Assembly: GCF_009914755.1 (NCBI RefSeq)
Contig: NC_060929.1
Source: the human T2T-CHM13v2.0 reference genome, Homo sapiens
Length of the DNA: 64,000 bases
Reading direction: 5' to 3' (one strand)
Both the position numbers and the translations under genes were made by a program. Positions 1 to 15,129 of the stretch are shown here, in pieces. Position 1 is the first letter of the stretch. Every line of letters begins with the position of its first letter. Under the pieces are notes generated by a model. It worked only from the letters and a program-made list of their open reading frames with translations, had not been told where the DNA came from and ran no database searches.

Positions 1-1575
1 ACAGAATAAAGAACCCAGAAATAGACTCACACAAATATGCCCAATTGATTTTTGACAGAGGTGCAAAAGCAGTTCAATGGAGGAAGGATAGTTTTTTTGA
101 GAAATGGTGCTTTTTAGAACTAAACATCCATAGGAAAAAAAAAAAAAGCCTTGACTTAAACCTCATATCTTATACAAAATTTAATTCAGAATGGATGACA
201 GATCTAAATGTAAAATGTAACACTTGAAAACTTTTAGAAGAATGTGTGGAATCTAGGACTAGATGAAGAGTTTTTAGATGCAATGCGGAAAGCATACACA
301 ACCCATAAAATAAAAAATGGATAAAATTTTCTTCATCAAAATTAAACGCTTTTGCTTTGTGTGTGAAAGACCCTGGTAAGAGGATGAAAAGGCAGTCTAC
401 AGAATGGTAGAAAATATTTGCAAAAACATATATCCGATAAGGGACTTATTTACATCTAGTTCTTTTTTAGATCTAGGATTAAATAAATAAATAAATAAAT
501 AAGAACTCTCAAAACTTAACAGCTAAAGAGAAACAGTCCAATTAGAAAAAGGGCAAAAGACACAAGGAGACATTTTACCAAAGAGAATATGGCGAATAAG
601 CACAGGAAAAGATGTTCAATATCATTAGCCATTAGGGAAATGCAATCTAAAACCACTATGAACTATCACCTTCTAGAATGACTAAAATTAAAAGTAGTGA
701 AAATACTGAATGCCGGCAAGGATGCAGAGAAACTGGATCTTCTGTACACTGCTAGCGGGAATGTAAAATGAAACAGCCATGCTGGCAAGTCACTTGGCAG
801 TTTCTAAAACTAAATATTGCTGTTACTCTATGACACAGCAATTGCTCTGGGGCATTTAATCCAGAGAAATGAAAACTGTTCGCACAAAAACCTGTATGCA
901 TAAACCTCCCTCATAGCAGCTTTATTCATAATAGCTTGAAACTGGAAGTACTACAGATGTCCTTTAATGGGTGAATGGTTAAACAAACTGGTACATCCAT
1001 GCAATAGAATACTGTTTGGCAATGGAAAGAAATGAACTATTGGTACACAACAACCGGGTGCATCTTAGGAGCATTATGCTAAATGAAAAAGGCCAGTCTC
1101 AAAAAAAAATATACTTTAATTTTGTAACATTTTTGAAGTGACAGTTTTAGAAATGGAGAATGGAATAGTGATATCCAGGGTATACGGACATTGGAAGTAG
1201 GAAGCAACTATAAAGGGGGTAGCACAAGCAAGTCCTTCGTGGTGATGGAATAGTTCTGTGTTTTGATCTTGGTGGTTAGTTATATGAAACCATATTAAAG
1301 TAGTTATGAGAAACTGCAGCAAAGTATATGTGTATACTTCTGTACAATCCTACATACACACAGATGAACTCATGTCAAAACTGATGGAGTTTGAACAACG
1401 AGTATAGTCTAGTTAACAATATTGTCCTAGTGACAATTTTCTGGTTTTGATGCTATGTTATAGTTTTAAAAGATAGTATCATTGGATTATGGGGGGGGAA
1501 GTAGGGCAAAAGAGTCACAGGACACTACTATTTTTATAATAGTATGAAATTATAACTTTAAAAAACAACAAAGTT
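1..1575 (+). mobile_element. Old L1M (L1MC/L1MD-like) ORF2 3' end plus 3' UTR, degenerate
   Basis: ORF 45..227 (IFDRGAKAVQWRKDSFFEKWC...YTKFNSEW) resembles the L1 ORF2p C-terminal region; the typical L1M 3' UTR follows; (TAAA)n at ~480-501. Confidence 0.85.
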
Positions 1576-2964
1576 AGCTATTCAGATAGTCAGATAAAGC
1601 TTTGAAATGATTCTGCTGGATTTTTTCACTTTCTGTTAAATCTGGGTTGACAAACAATAGGGTCACTGTTGCAACTCCATAAGCTTTTGTTTTACTTTTG
1701 TGTGGCCATTGTCTAAGGCTTGGGAACAGATGACTTTTCATATTAAATTGGACACGGAAACCTTAGTTCAGACTGCATAAATACCACAGCTCAGGAAAAT
1801 TTTAGAGACAGCAGAGTTTCTTTGGCGAGTTTCCAATAACTAAAGTTGTCTCTCCTTTTCTCATTGCATATTGCTGGTAAGCATGTTTGCTAAAAGAAAG
1901 TAGAATAGAATTTCTACCAGCCCATCATCATTGCCAACATATACACACCCAACTTGAAGTATTTAATATCCATCTGCTATGGAAAAGATGGCTCAGGAAG
2001 CCAGGGGGACTGAGTGATCCACAGCTTCAGGGCTTGCGTAGCCTCTTAAAACTGCATTTCCATATATCCCCTTAGCTGTGATTAGTGGTGTCTTTCTGCA
2101 ACTGCTTATATCGCCTCCTTATTTTAGATGTATTAGTCCTCCTTCACATTTCAAGGATTCTTTAGTTAAATAAAATATTTCTCCACTTTGAGCTGGTACT
2201 TGAATCTCTTTCGACAGCCACAAGTTTTGAAGGTTGGCAGATGCTAGAATTAGGTGGAATTAGATTAAGAAGGTAAGAAACAGATACTTTAGCATCAACA
2301 ATTGTGTGTAAGTCTGTGTATTAGGAAATCACCACTCTTGTAGGTCAAAAATAGCCAGATATTGGCAATTTCTTATGGCTCCATTCATAGCTGTGGAGCA
2401 GGAAGAAGCAAGCCCACACGTAAGTCAATATCATACCCTTATTTATGGAAGAGGGAACACTGCCTAAAAAAGGCTGGTAATTGGTTGATCTCGGATAGAT
2501 GATTCAGGTCTCTTAGCTTCCAGTTCTGTGCTATTTTTGCGCAACACACAAAAAATTGCTGCTGAATTGTTAGGAAGTCACAGTTGAATGGTATCAACCT
2601 TTACTTTTTAAGTAGAGTTACTCTGCTGTGGCTACTGCAGTGGATGAAGGGAAAAGAAGGAAGAGGCTAAGGAAAAACCACTCCTCTAGTAAAAGACAAT
2701 GTTACTTCCTTCTGCTCACCTCCATTTTAAAGATATCTTCTGTTTTCGTCTTTGTGGACTTTGGGGCTGAACAAAATGTGTCTTCTCTCACCTTTCTCTA
2801 CCGTGCCCGAGCTCTAACCCCCTAGTCCTTCTAGAACTCCTGGAATAAATGGGCAATTGCATTGCATATGTTCTGCATCTAATATCTGAAAGAGTGAGCT
2901 GTGAAAAGTTTTTAAAGGGAAAAGTAAGATTGATTACTGTTAAGATGAGCTCTCAGGATTAGAA

Positions 2965-3197
2965 GCAGAATGTTATGGTGGTTAAGAATGTGCACTCACA
3001 CAGCCCAAGTTTAAATCCTACACCACTGCTTATTGGCAGTCTCAAATTGGAAAATGACAGTCTCTCTGAGCAGGTTTCCTCACCTGCAAATTGTGATAAT
3101 AATAGCCCCTACCTCATAAGAGTGCTTTGTAAGGATCAACCTATATGTAAATGCCTGTACATGGCAAAGTGATCATTTAAAGCTAGTTCTTACTATT
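2965..3197 (+). mobile_element. MIR SINE
   Basis: ggtggttaagaatgtg...tctctgagcaggtttcctcacctgcaaattgtgataataatagcccctacctcata, the MIR core. Confidence 0.75.
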
Positions 3198-3622
3198 GTC
3201 TTTTTGGAGAGGAAGATGGATATTGGGATACCTGGGTTCTATTTCTAGCTCTGTTTTTAAATTACTTGATTCACTTAGCTCAAGTCACCTTGTTCCAGTT
3301 CACCAGAGTGCAGGGCAGGGACTGCTTTCAATAGTATGGAAAATGTGATTTCGTTTAGCAGTCAGTGTGAACTTTCAGGATATGACTGGAGGAGCAGGAA
3401 GTAATCTTTAGCCTCCTTTGCTATGATGCATCCCAGGCCTAGCAGTTCATAATCCTGCTGTATGCTAACCTCAGCTCACCAGTCTGCGGCTGACACTTGC
3501 GTTTTCCTTTCTTTGTTAAAATAAGTGATTGAAAGAGTATGGATAGTTAGGAAGGTATGGGGTGAGCTTGCTAGGCTCTAGTGTGACGATGCAGGCCTCA
3601 GTCCTTTCTGAGCTTTCTTTTT

Positions 3623-4681
<1,059 letters not shown>

Positions 4682-5546
4682 TGAACTTTCTTTTTAATAT
4701 CACATACTATGAATGGGTGAAGAGTCTGAAAGTGAAATCCCCAGTGTGGTTTCTGTTTCCCCGTCTCCCATGCTCACCCACCCCTGATGGCTAGGAAATT
4801 ACATTATATGCTTCATATTATTTTGTTTGCGTGTCTTTTCCTCTAACTGAATCAAGAAGCCAGTTGCAAGCTTCATTTTTGTGTCATGTGAGTGCTTTTA
4901 TTTAGGTGGACTTCATAATAGGTGCATATGATATCACATCAATGCACTGAAGTCTTACATTTAATAATATTCACTTATGTCCTTGTTCTCTTTGGTTAGA
5001 TTATTCAGAAGAACAATTTCTCATGAAAATTAGGAAATATTTAATTAACCAACCTGAGTTACAAGGTTGGAGAAAAGAGAAAGAGGTCAGTTAAAATTGT
5101 TTTATGTTAGAGAGTTGATGAAATTTTCTAAGAAATGGAAATTTTGATAGCCAGAGAATTTTTGCTTGAACTTTATGACTTATATATGTTGGTGGCACTT
5201 ACTCAGGTCTTAGACATTCTTCTTTCAACATTGAGCAAATATATTTAGATTGTCCAGCAGTCACTTTGATGGGTAGTAAAGATACTAAGATGAGGATCGG
5301 TCACATTAACAGAAATTTCTTTTTTTTTTTGCTGTACTTTCCCCATTGCCCAGCACAGTGGCTGGCAGAGTAAGCATTCAGCAAGTATTTGTTAAACAAC
5401 TAGAGTCAAAACTAAAGGGAAGGGTGGAGGATGACCAAAATTGTTTCTTAGGGAATTGAGTTGCCTTCGTTATCTGAGACCTGAATTCCTTGATTTTATG
5501 GTTTATCTTGACACATATTTACTTACTTGTACCAGAATTTAGCTCA

Positions 5547-5935
5547 GAGATTACATTTTTTGTGCCATGGATACATTTGGCAATCAGGTAAAGCCTTTAG
5601 ATACTTTCTCAGAATAATGCTTTTACATGTATAAAATAAAATACATGGTTACAAAAGAAAAAATTATATAGAAATATAGTTATCAAAGTATTAAAACATT
5701 TATGATACAATAAACATGAAATAAGATATCTGGGCAGGTGTGATAACTTCTGTAAGTGATATTTTGGGCTGTGTGCCTATACAGTAATGCTACATGGATT
5801 TCTGCTGGTGACAAAGTCACAAGTACTACTGTGGTGTGTTGCCTGCATTCATATTTGAAGGAAACAATAAATTTAGAAGTTAATGAAAATAAAAAGGTTT
5901 TTTGTTCCCACTCTCTAAGTTCATGGACTCCCTGT
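5547..5935. mobile_element. hAT-Charlie DNA transposon fragment (Charlie4a-like)
   Basis: ttttttgtgccatgga...tttggca...ttctcagaataatgctttt...aaaataaaatacat matches the recalled Charlie4a start. Confidence 0.6.
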
Positions 5936-6085
5936 ATCCTCTCTCTAGACCTCACTTCTTCATTTCTTTGCAAATATATTTAGAGACTTTTCCTATGAAG
6001 TGCTTAACTCAGCCAGGAATTATACATTGATTAGTGGGACTATTTGATTAATGTCTGTCTGCCTGCTGGATTGTGATTGTGGTGG

Positions 6086-6398
<313 letters not shown>

Positions 6399-6588
6399 TG
6401 ATCTTGAAGTGATAGGAACACGTGTGTTGTTTTTTTGTTTGTCTTTGGTGGCTTTGGCTCATAGTATCTGGCACAGAGTAAGTGTTCACTAAATATTTGC
6501 CAAATCTTTAGATAAACCTAGGGAATATTAAAGTATGGTTGGCTTGGCATGACTTCCTATCTGAGACTGGTTCCTGAAGATTCCCTGC

Positions 6589-6954
6589 TGTCTTAATCCA
6601 TTCAGGCTGCTATCACAAAATACTATAAACTGGGTAGTATAGAAATATGTATTTATTTCTTACATTTTTGGAGTCTGGGAAATCCAAGATCAAGGCACCA
6701 TCAAATTTGGTGTCTAGTTAGGGCCTATTTTCTGATTCATAGATGGCACCTTTTATCTCTGTCCTCACACAGTAGAAGGGCAGGGCAGCTCTCTGGAGCT
6801 TCTTTTATGAGGGCACCCATCCCATTCATGAGGGCTCTGCTGTCATGATGTAATCACCCCATAAGGCCCTACTTTCTGTTATCATCACATTAATTATTAG
6901 GTTTGCAACACATGAAATTTTTTGGGGGAAGGCACACACATTTAGACCATAATG
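6589..6954 (-). mobile_element. MaLR solo LTR (MLT1A-like)
   Basis: tgtcttaatccattcaggctgctat...aagatcaaggcacc...catgagggctctgc...catttagaccata. Confidence 0.8.
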
Positions 6955-7589
6955 CCCACCTACCTTTAAGGATATTTAGAAATCCACTGTTCATTATTCT
7001 AACTTCTTTATTAATTTATCAGTTCTAAATATAGCACAAAAGCCCCTTTGATTGTCCTTAGCATTTTTTGCAAGCCTCAGATCATTGTTGATTTTATCTT
7101 CATACCACTACCTTTATAGGCTTGAGCACCTCTTATTTTAATTTTGATTACATGTACTTCTTTAATCTTTTGCCATTATTTTTGTTTATATTAGCTTAAC
7201 CTTTGGGGAATAGGATTAGTTGTGAGACTTTTTGAACCTTCTTAATTTGCTTGAATTTTTCATAATGCACGTTAATTTTGTTATTAAACAAAAATCCTAC
7301 TGGTGGGGGTTCCTGTGAGTCTCATTTATTCTTTACCCATCTAAAGAATGACTTTTTCTTTGTCATTGGCATTAGTTGCAATTATGTAGTCATGCCTGGG
7401 TTTGTAGAGCCTCCTATCCTCAGCTCTAATGTGAGGGAGAAGTCCCTCTCTAGAGTTAAAAGTGTAGTGTGATTCCCTCCAGAGCTTCTCCTGTGTGTTT
7501 ACTCCTATACCTGCACATCTAGAAATAAACCCTTCTGTTGTGTAGCATTTTTGACATAATAATAGCTTTAGTAATAGATTATTAGGCCT

Positions 7590-7995
7590 TTAGTCTTTTA
7601 CATTTAGGTTGTTTTCAGCTTTTGATGACATCATTATGAACAACGGCTTGGAAATCCTTGTATGAACTTCACTGTTTACTGTTTTGAACATTTTTCTAGG
7701 ATACATATCAAGTGGAATTACTAGGTTGAATGGTATGCATATTTAATATTCCAGTAGATATTGCCAATAGATAGCCCCACAAAAAAGCACCAAATTGTGC
7801 TCCTTCCAGTCACTTATGAGGGTGCCCATTTTCTCCACACCTTTGCCACTTCTGCATTTGATGAGCCTGTAGGTGTATTTATATGTGTGTGTATCAACCT
7901 GAGAGTGGAAAATTGTATCTTGTTTTCATTTGTGTTTCTCAGATTACTAATGAGATTGACAATCTTTTCTCATGTTTATTGGCCGTTTCTATTTA
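7590..7995 (-). mobile_element. Old L1ME fragment
   Basis: ctaggata...gtggaattactaggttgaatggtatgcat...gattactaatgagattgacaatcttttctcatgtttattggcc. Confidence 0.65.
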
Positions 7996-8966
7996 TCCTT
8001 TTTTATACAAAAATGTATGTAAGATACTTAGAACAGTGTCTGGCACATGATTCATGCCATGCAAAGTAGTAGTATTCCTTGCTTGAGTTTCTGGCCTTGG
8101 GATTATACCCATTGTTTTACTCAGTTCTGCTTCTAAAAGCCCAAGGTACAAACCTAAGTTTCGCTTGTGTTCTTTCCTTAACTGATTAGAATTCTCCTGC
8201 TTTATCCTGGCTGGTGTATCCTGTTTTCTAGCAGCGCCGCCCCCTCCCCAACCCCATTGCTCAGATTTGGAGCAGTGAGCAACAGAGGGTGTGGCAGCCA
8301 AATGTGCACTCCTTACCTCTCACCTGGGCTGTCCTCATTCACCAGGCTGTGTGATTCGACAGGGAACCCACTGATCCTCTGCATCTCTCTGACAACAGCC
8401 AGTAACTTGTTGTATTTCCCCCAGTGCTACCAAGTCCTTTCTAACTCCCGAGTAGAAAGTACCCCATCCCATCTCAAGGAGCCACAGGAGCTACCATGTC
8501 TAACCAATGCAAGAGTTCTCAGCTTAGAAAAGCTCCCTGAGGGATATGGGTCTCTGCCTGGCTGACGTGTGTGCTCTTTCAGCCTTTCTACCTGTGCTTC
8601 TATCTCAGAGAAGAGATGGAAGATGCCTGCCACTCACTATACCTATTCTATTCTAAAGGGCAGTCTCTGTTCTGCCTGCTCTCTTTTTGTTAACGCTACA
8701 CACAATTTTATATTTTCTGGAAGTTCCTTCCTCCATTTTTGTGGCCTAGGTTAACTACTGCCCAGTCTTCTCTGAGGAGGTTGGTGTGAGGGAGGCTGCA
8801 ACGTTGAAGGTTTCTATCGCCAGCTGGTTGCTCATTTGATTCAGAATTAAGGCCAAATTAAGAGTTCTCTATTTTGTTTCCTCCATCTGGAAGATGATAT
8901 TTTGGCAAGTCAAGAATTTATCAGAGGCTTGGTTGTGTGTGTGTGTTTGCATTAGCTCATTAAAAG

Positions 8967-9268
8967 TTTTTTTTAAACTTTTTATTTTGAAATAATTTCT
9001 GACATAAAAATGTTACAAAAATATTACAAAGAATTCCAGAATACTTTCCACCCAGATAACCTAAATGTTAGTGTCTTACATAACACAGTACAATGATCAG
9101 ACCTGGAAATTAACACTGATACAATATTATTATCTATTTTACAAGTCTTAAATTTTGCCAGTTATCTCACTAATATATATATTTTTCTGGTCCAGTGTCT
9201 TTTATCCCAGATCACATATTGCAATTAGTTGTCACATCTCCTCAGTCTCATTTAACCTGGAACAGTTA
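8967..9268 (-). mobile_element. L1MC4/5-like 3' end
   Basis: aactttttattttgaaataatttc...gaaattaacactgatacaatattattatc...ttagttgtcacatctcc. Confidence 0.65.
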
Positions 9269-10399
9269 GAGGCTTGGCTTTTTAAAGGAACATCACCACT
9301 AGCTGATGTCCAGATAGTTGAACATCAGGAGAGCATCCTATCTCTGTTCCCATCTTGCAGTGTATCTGGGAACTGTTGTCACTATCCTCCCTTCATCTAG
9401 GTAATAATTCATACATTTCCATAATCAAACCACTTAAGTTTCTCTCTCTGCATCTTCTAAAGCCTCTCTGACATATATTCAATCTCAGTTTTGTAGATTT
9501 CCTTGTAATACATCTATTGCTTTTGAACATTGTATCTTCTACCCTATCTACTCACATCATATATTCTTCCTTATACAGTTTGTTATCTGTATTGTAGTTG
9601 TTGGTTTAAAGACATTTGAGGCCATAATATGATCTTACTAGACATTCCGAGCTGTGACCTCTCACCTCCAGCAACAGCACCAGTTACATTGACCCTCTTT
9701 CAGATATTGGGCAGTGATTTGTGGGAGTGGAGATTATGGTTGGATTAGCTTCAATTTTTTTTTTCTTTGTGGGAAATGCAATTTGCAAAAGAAAGTTCTT
9801 ATAAGAGTGAGACTTTGTTCATTTGAAGAATGATGGAGCTGGCTTTTCTGTCAATTTCTGCAGCTTTTTCTTATTCTCCAAAAACCAGAAAGTGGTAATA
9901 TTTGTTAGTGATCAAATCAAAGATGATATTTAAAAACACATGTTGACAGGAGGACCTAGAGGCATTATGAGTATTAGAAAGTCTGCAAATTAGGTTGTTT
10001 GCTTTGTGGTGAGGTGTGAAACAGGATATGCATTTTTGAAAATGTATCTTTGGATTTGCTGAACTGGGCTCAAATGTGGTCAAATTGAGAGAGCTTATGA
10101 TGCCAGTTTTACTGCATTCTTTTTAGTTGTGTTCCCCAAAATCCTGCCCCATGACCTTTACCAGAACAAGTAAACACATCCTAAAAACAAAGTTATGTTC
10201 TAGTATGGTTTTAAAAGTCTTCCCTTTTGGTTATTTGGAAAATAGTGCAAACGTGCGGTCTAGTGGTTATGGCCAAAGGCAGAGCAAAGGGAGTGCGGCC
10301 TTAGCCAGCCCCAGCCAGCTGCCATTGCTCCCACGCTCTGTGTGGTCTTGACCCAATGCCCAGAAAAGCAAGGTTCCCCACTTTCTACCTCTTTATTTT

Positions 10400-10407
<8 letters not shown>

Positions 10408-10430
<23 letters not shown>

Positions 10431-10444
10431 GAGAGAGAGAGAGA
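10408..10444 (+). repeat. poly(A) run followed by (GA)n
   Basis: About 23 A then gagagagagagaga, with no recognisable upstream SINE body. Confidence 0.9.
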
Positions 10445-11185
10445 TGGGGTGGAGGGAGAAACTGAGCTGAGAGACCTCTCAGGTTAGAAATATGTCCTCT
10501 TGCAATTAACCATTGCTAGTTAGTTTTCACTATAAATCTAAAGAGAGCTTTATCTCAGCCAAACTAAGGAAATCATCAACATTCTTGGGGTAAATTGATG
10601 TGGACTTTTTGTTTGTTCATTTGGAGGGAGGGAGGGATGGTGGTGCTGCTGCCTAGCATTGAATATACTGGAGTACTTCTTAACTTAATCTCTTCTTATT
10701 ACTACTTTGCTGAGATGAATGTCATCTTTCTCCTACAGTAGTTGTTGGCTATGCAAGGCATTTTGGATGGATACCAATACCCTTCTTTGGCAATTTCTCT
10801 GCCTAGTTCTTACCTCTGTGTGTTGTCATGCCAGGGAGATGTTGACCTGCTGAGGGCAGGGATTGATCCTGTCTGTTATAACCTTAAAATTTTTGTTAGG
10901 GTGCTTAGTAGAGTGCTGTGAAACATAATAGGCACCTATTACTCACTGAATTAACTTGGAGGCAATAAATTGAGTGGTTTTCTGTTAACTAGTCTATACT
11001 CAAGTTGATTTGTTGAATGTCTTGGGTTTTGTTCATTATTGGGCCACTCTGAATGGAAATCCATGAAGGCGAGGATCTTGACTTTCTTGTTCTTCACTAT
11101 AATCCCAGAACCTAGAACAGCCCCTGGCCAAGATCGTTGAGTATACTGATTGAGAATCCATGTTCAATAAATATTTATTATTAAA

Positions 11186-11352
11186 CTAGGTGCAGTGGTG
11201 TACGCCTGGAATCCCAGCTGCTCGGGAGTGTGAAGCGGGTGGATCACTTGAGCCCAGGAGTTTGAGGCTATAGTGTGCTGTGATTGCACCTGTGAATGGC
11301 CACTGCACTCCAGCCTGGGCAACATAATCATACCTTGTGTCTTAAACAAAAC
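11186..11352 (+). mobile_element. FAM (fossil Alu monomer, 7SL-derived)
   Basis: Monomer retaining the 7SL/FAM segment gattgcacctgtgaatggccactgcactccagcctgggcaacata. Confidence 0.75.
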
Positions 11353-12133
11353 ATTTTTTTTTGAATGAATGGATTTAAAAAAGAGAACCCAAGAGCATGT
11401 TTCCCTTTTCAGACGCGGGCTTTGATGCGGCACTTTAGACGTGGCACTTTCAAGCGATTCAGGATGCCTTTTCCTTTTCTTAGTAATTTTTAGTATATGG
11501 CAGAAACCATATACTAAATGTCACACCAGAGAAAGTCTCAGGTCAGAAGGCTTATTAGAGCCCAGGGATCAGGAATTGGTTGGGAAGTTTGTAACACTGT
11601 CTCTAGCACCAGCAGTAAAATTAGGATGGGTGTGCATGTGTGTATATATGAATATGTGTGCATATGTGAATATGTATATATATATGAGTATATATGACTA
11701 TACGTACTTGTGTGTATTAAATATATATATATATAATATGTATTTTAATTTCTTGCCATCTGCTGGCTTTCTTTGAATTTATGAAAAATATATAATTGTG
11801 CCCAGAGCTCTGGTTCCTGGTGGTTGTGTTGCCATGTTGTAAAAGCAAGTGTGACCACCAGCATCCCTGTGGCCATGCTGAAGAAGCTACTTATTGATAG
11901 TTAACAATTGATTTTAGTCAGCCTTCCATTTCCTGAGACAATTCCTATACTTTCCTTAGCTCTTTTTTTTTTTTAAGAACATTAAAAACAGAGGTTAGAA
12001 GGGGATATAAAGCAAGAAAACAAAATAATAATACTTTAAAAATCTTAGGACTTAAAATTGGAGGGAAACATGATTCTGAAATTCAGGCCAGTTTTATTAA
12101 TTTTGTGTCCATATGGTAAGAGTACATTAAACA

Positions 12134-12427
12134 GGTCGGGTACGGTGACTCATGCCTATAATCATAGCACTATGGGAGGCCTAGGCGGATGGATCACCTG
12201 AGGTCAGGAGTTTGAGACCAGCCTGGACAACATGGTGAAATCCCATCTCTACTAAAAATACAAAAATTAGCCAGGCATGGTGGCGGGTGCCTGTAATCCT
12301 AGCTACTTGGGAGACTGAGGCAGGAGAATCGCTTGAACCTGGGGGGCGGAGGTTGCAGTGAGCCAAGACTGCAGCACTTCACTCCAGCCTGGGTGAAAGA
12401 GTGAGACTCCGTCTCAAAAAAAAAAAA
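12134..12427 (+). mobile_element. AluS SINE
   Basis: Full dimer, ggatcacctgaggtcaggagtttgagaccagcc, poly(A). Confidence 0.93.
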
Positions 12428-12474
12428 TTGAAGAAAGCACAGAAATGTCCTGCTGAAGTTTTATAGTTGAATTT

Positions 12475-12476
<2 letters not shown>

Positions 12477-12562
<86 letters not shown>

Positions 12563-12587
12563 GAGAGAGAGAGAGAGAGAGAGAGAG
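12477..12587. repeat. Long (GA)n microsatellite, ~110 bp pure purine
   Basis: Directly visible, with a few GG phase shifts. Confidence 0.98.
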
Positions 12588-13077
12588 TTGAGAATAGTAG
12601 CGAGCACTACCGTCCAGTTTTTGTTGCAAAGGATTCAGAGGCCAAGTGATGAATATGTTCCTCTCTATGAACAGGCTCAGGACCCGAGCCATATCACTCA
12701 CCAGTTCCAGTAAGCCTTCATTTTTGCCACCGTCATCTCTCTAACCCTAAAATCCAGTCATTATGAGTATTGTCCTTTTGCTATTCTTTGGTTGGGGCCA
12801 ATATTAATGCATCAGAATCAGTGTTTGGAAGTTCAGATCAATTTTACCCAGAAGGTAGGCTGTTTCCTTGGATAGGTATCAGTATTTTTTCTTTGGCTCA
12901 AGACTTTTCAGTACAATGTTCTAAACTCCAGCTACCATGTAGTTGACTTTGTCTATTTATTCATCAGAATCAAAGGAGGATTGGTACAAGCAGAGGAAAT
13001 AGACACAAAGAGCAAGTATGAGGGGCAGAGTGGGAGGGAGGTAGCTGGAATGTGAATGAGCCAACTAATTTGGTGAG

Positions 13078-13235
13078 CAGGGCTTCTCACTCTAGGATCC
13101 ATGGATCAATATGGACAGGGGCATAGTGGTCATGTCTGTGAACCCTCTGCAGTGACATACAGGGTGTTGGCATATGGACTTGCTAAGGAGAAAAGTTCAT
13201 AGCATTTATTAATTTGTCAAAGGGCCCTGTGGCCT
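13078..13235. mobile_element. hAT-Charlie MITE relic
   Basis: cagggcttctcactct...ggatccatgga...gtgaaccctctg...ttcatagcatttattaatttgtcaaaggg. Confidence 0.45.
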
Positions 13236-14275
13236 ACTGCCAATAAATGAAAACTATTGACCAGGTCATTTCATGAGAATAAGTATTTGGAGGAGGTTGC
13301 TTTGTTCTTAATATCCAGAAAAGTAATGGCACATTATCTCTCCTGGGCCCACTTGTGAGCTGAAGAGGGCCTTGGAAGGTCTCAGCTGAGTGCATCTTTC
13401 TGATGTCTGCCTGCATTTTGATCTTGCCCAGAGATAAAATACAACCTTGTTTCTTTCACAGATGAGTTTATAGAGAGAACAAACTTTTAGGTATGGGTAG
13501 GGTGTGTGTGTCTGTGTGTGTAGTGGAGGAGTGAATGGGGAGGGGCAGGACAGGCAGAAAGCTGAAGGCGGAGAGAGAGGGAACCCACATGCATTTGAGG
13601 GATGTCTTCAGTCTCATCATGGGGTTTCCATGTTGGATTAAAACTGATTATATTTACTTCATTTTGATTAGTGTATATACTTTCCTTTTTGTGACTGCAA
13701 CAATTAACAGTTAAACTAGTGGTGGGATTTTTTTTTTTTAAGTTTTTGGGATAGGTTCTAAAAGTTGTACTTGCAAGAAAGAGAAGTAGTATCAATGCTG
13801 CATGTTCTTTTTCCTAAACAACTCTATTCATTTCTTTTTCTATTCCTGGTTCACACAAGAAATCCTTAAGGTGATCCTTTTTTTGCTGCATTTATTTTTT
13901 GTTTGGTTCCACTATTGTTATCAGAATGTCATGTTTCCTACAGCGACACCCAATTTGAGTTATTGACCCAGAAAGTCAACCTCAAGGTCATAAGAAGTTC
14001 TGTGCATCTGCCCTTGTTTTAAACTTATCTTAGGCTGAATTATGATGGATACCTATTTAGATTAGAGAGGGCCCCTCCCAAGTAAATACACAACACAAAG
14101 ATGACTATATGAGTTATAGAAATAAAGAAAACTGTTCAGGAATGTGGAATGGGTCCCATGGAAGGCTAGCATCTGTCAAGAGAGCCCATCTTGCTTGCAA
14201 ACCAAGTTACTCCTGTGGTGTGTTTCCTGTGAAGTAGATTCTAGGTTGGTAGATCTTTGAGAAGTGAGAATAAGA

Positions 14276-14383
14276 CCTTTCCCTTTCCCTTTCCCTTCCT
14301 CTTTCCCTTTCCCTTCCTCTTTCCCTTTCTCTTTCCCTTTCCCTTTCCCTTCCCCTTCCCCTTCCCCCTCCCCTTCCCTTTCC
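14276..14383. repeat. (TTTCCC/TTCCCC)n polypyrimidine tract, expanded Alu tail
   Basis: Directly visible; abuts the 3' end of the minus-strand Alu. Confidence 0.95.
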
Positions 14384-14665
14384 GAGACAGAGTCTCACTT
14401 TGTAGCCCAGGCTGGAGTGCAGTGGTGCGATCTCAGCTCACTGCAACCTCCACCTCCCAGGTTCAAGCGATTCTCCTGCTTCAGCCTCCTGAGCAGCTGA
14501 GATTACAGGCATGTACCACCACGCCCAGCAAATTTTTGTGTTTTCAGTAGGGATAGGGTTTCACCATGTTGGCCAGGCTGATCTCCAACTTCTGACCTCA
14601 AGTGATCCGCCCGCCTCGACCTCCCAAAGTGCTGGGATTACAGGCATGAGCCACCATACCTGGCC
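14381..14665 (-). mobile_element. AluS SINE
   Basis: Full dimer in reverse; TSD agaccttt before the pyrimidine tract and after 14665. Confidence 0.93.
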
Positions 14666-15129
14666 AGACCTTTTCTTAAAATGGTAGTTGTTTTAGGGAC
14701 CTTTAAGGAAGGCTGGAAATGTAAAAAGAGAAAAGAGGAAGCACCAATATTTATTGCTTATTTAGGCCCTGGTGCCTCTGTGTATTATTTGGAGTAGCAG
14801 AAGGAGGATCAGTCTGGGATTTGGGCTGGGGTCTAATCTAGTCAGACTTTAGGCCAGTTAGCTAACTTTCAGGGCTTGATTACTGTCAGGGTGGTAGTAT
14901 GTCCGTCTTGAGGATCTTATCATCCTTTAAGGGTCCTTCCAGCTCTGAGATGTGAGTCCAGATCTTCTGACTAAATAATCAGCCACAACCTGGCCACTCA
15001 GAGTAGAGGAGGGCCCTATCTTAGGGAGTCCCCAGGCTGCTGTGGCTGTTCATTCAGAAAGCTTTTCTGCACCTTCCAGATGGGAGGTGAACAGACCACG
15101 AGCGGAATACCTGAGTTGGAGGTATGGCA

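Noticed and set aside
11186-11352. 7SL RNA gene or pseudogene
   Set aside because: Lacks the S domain; fits a diverged FAM monomer
12414-14550. ORFs with RERERE, SLSLSL and FPFPFP runs
   Set aside because: Translations of microsatellites and Alu sequence
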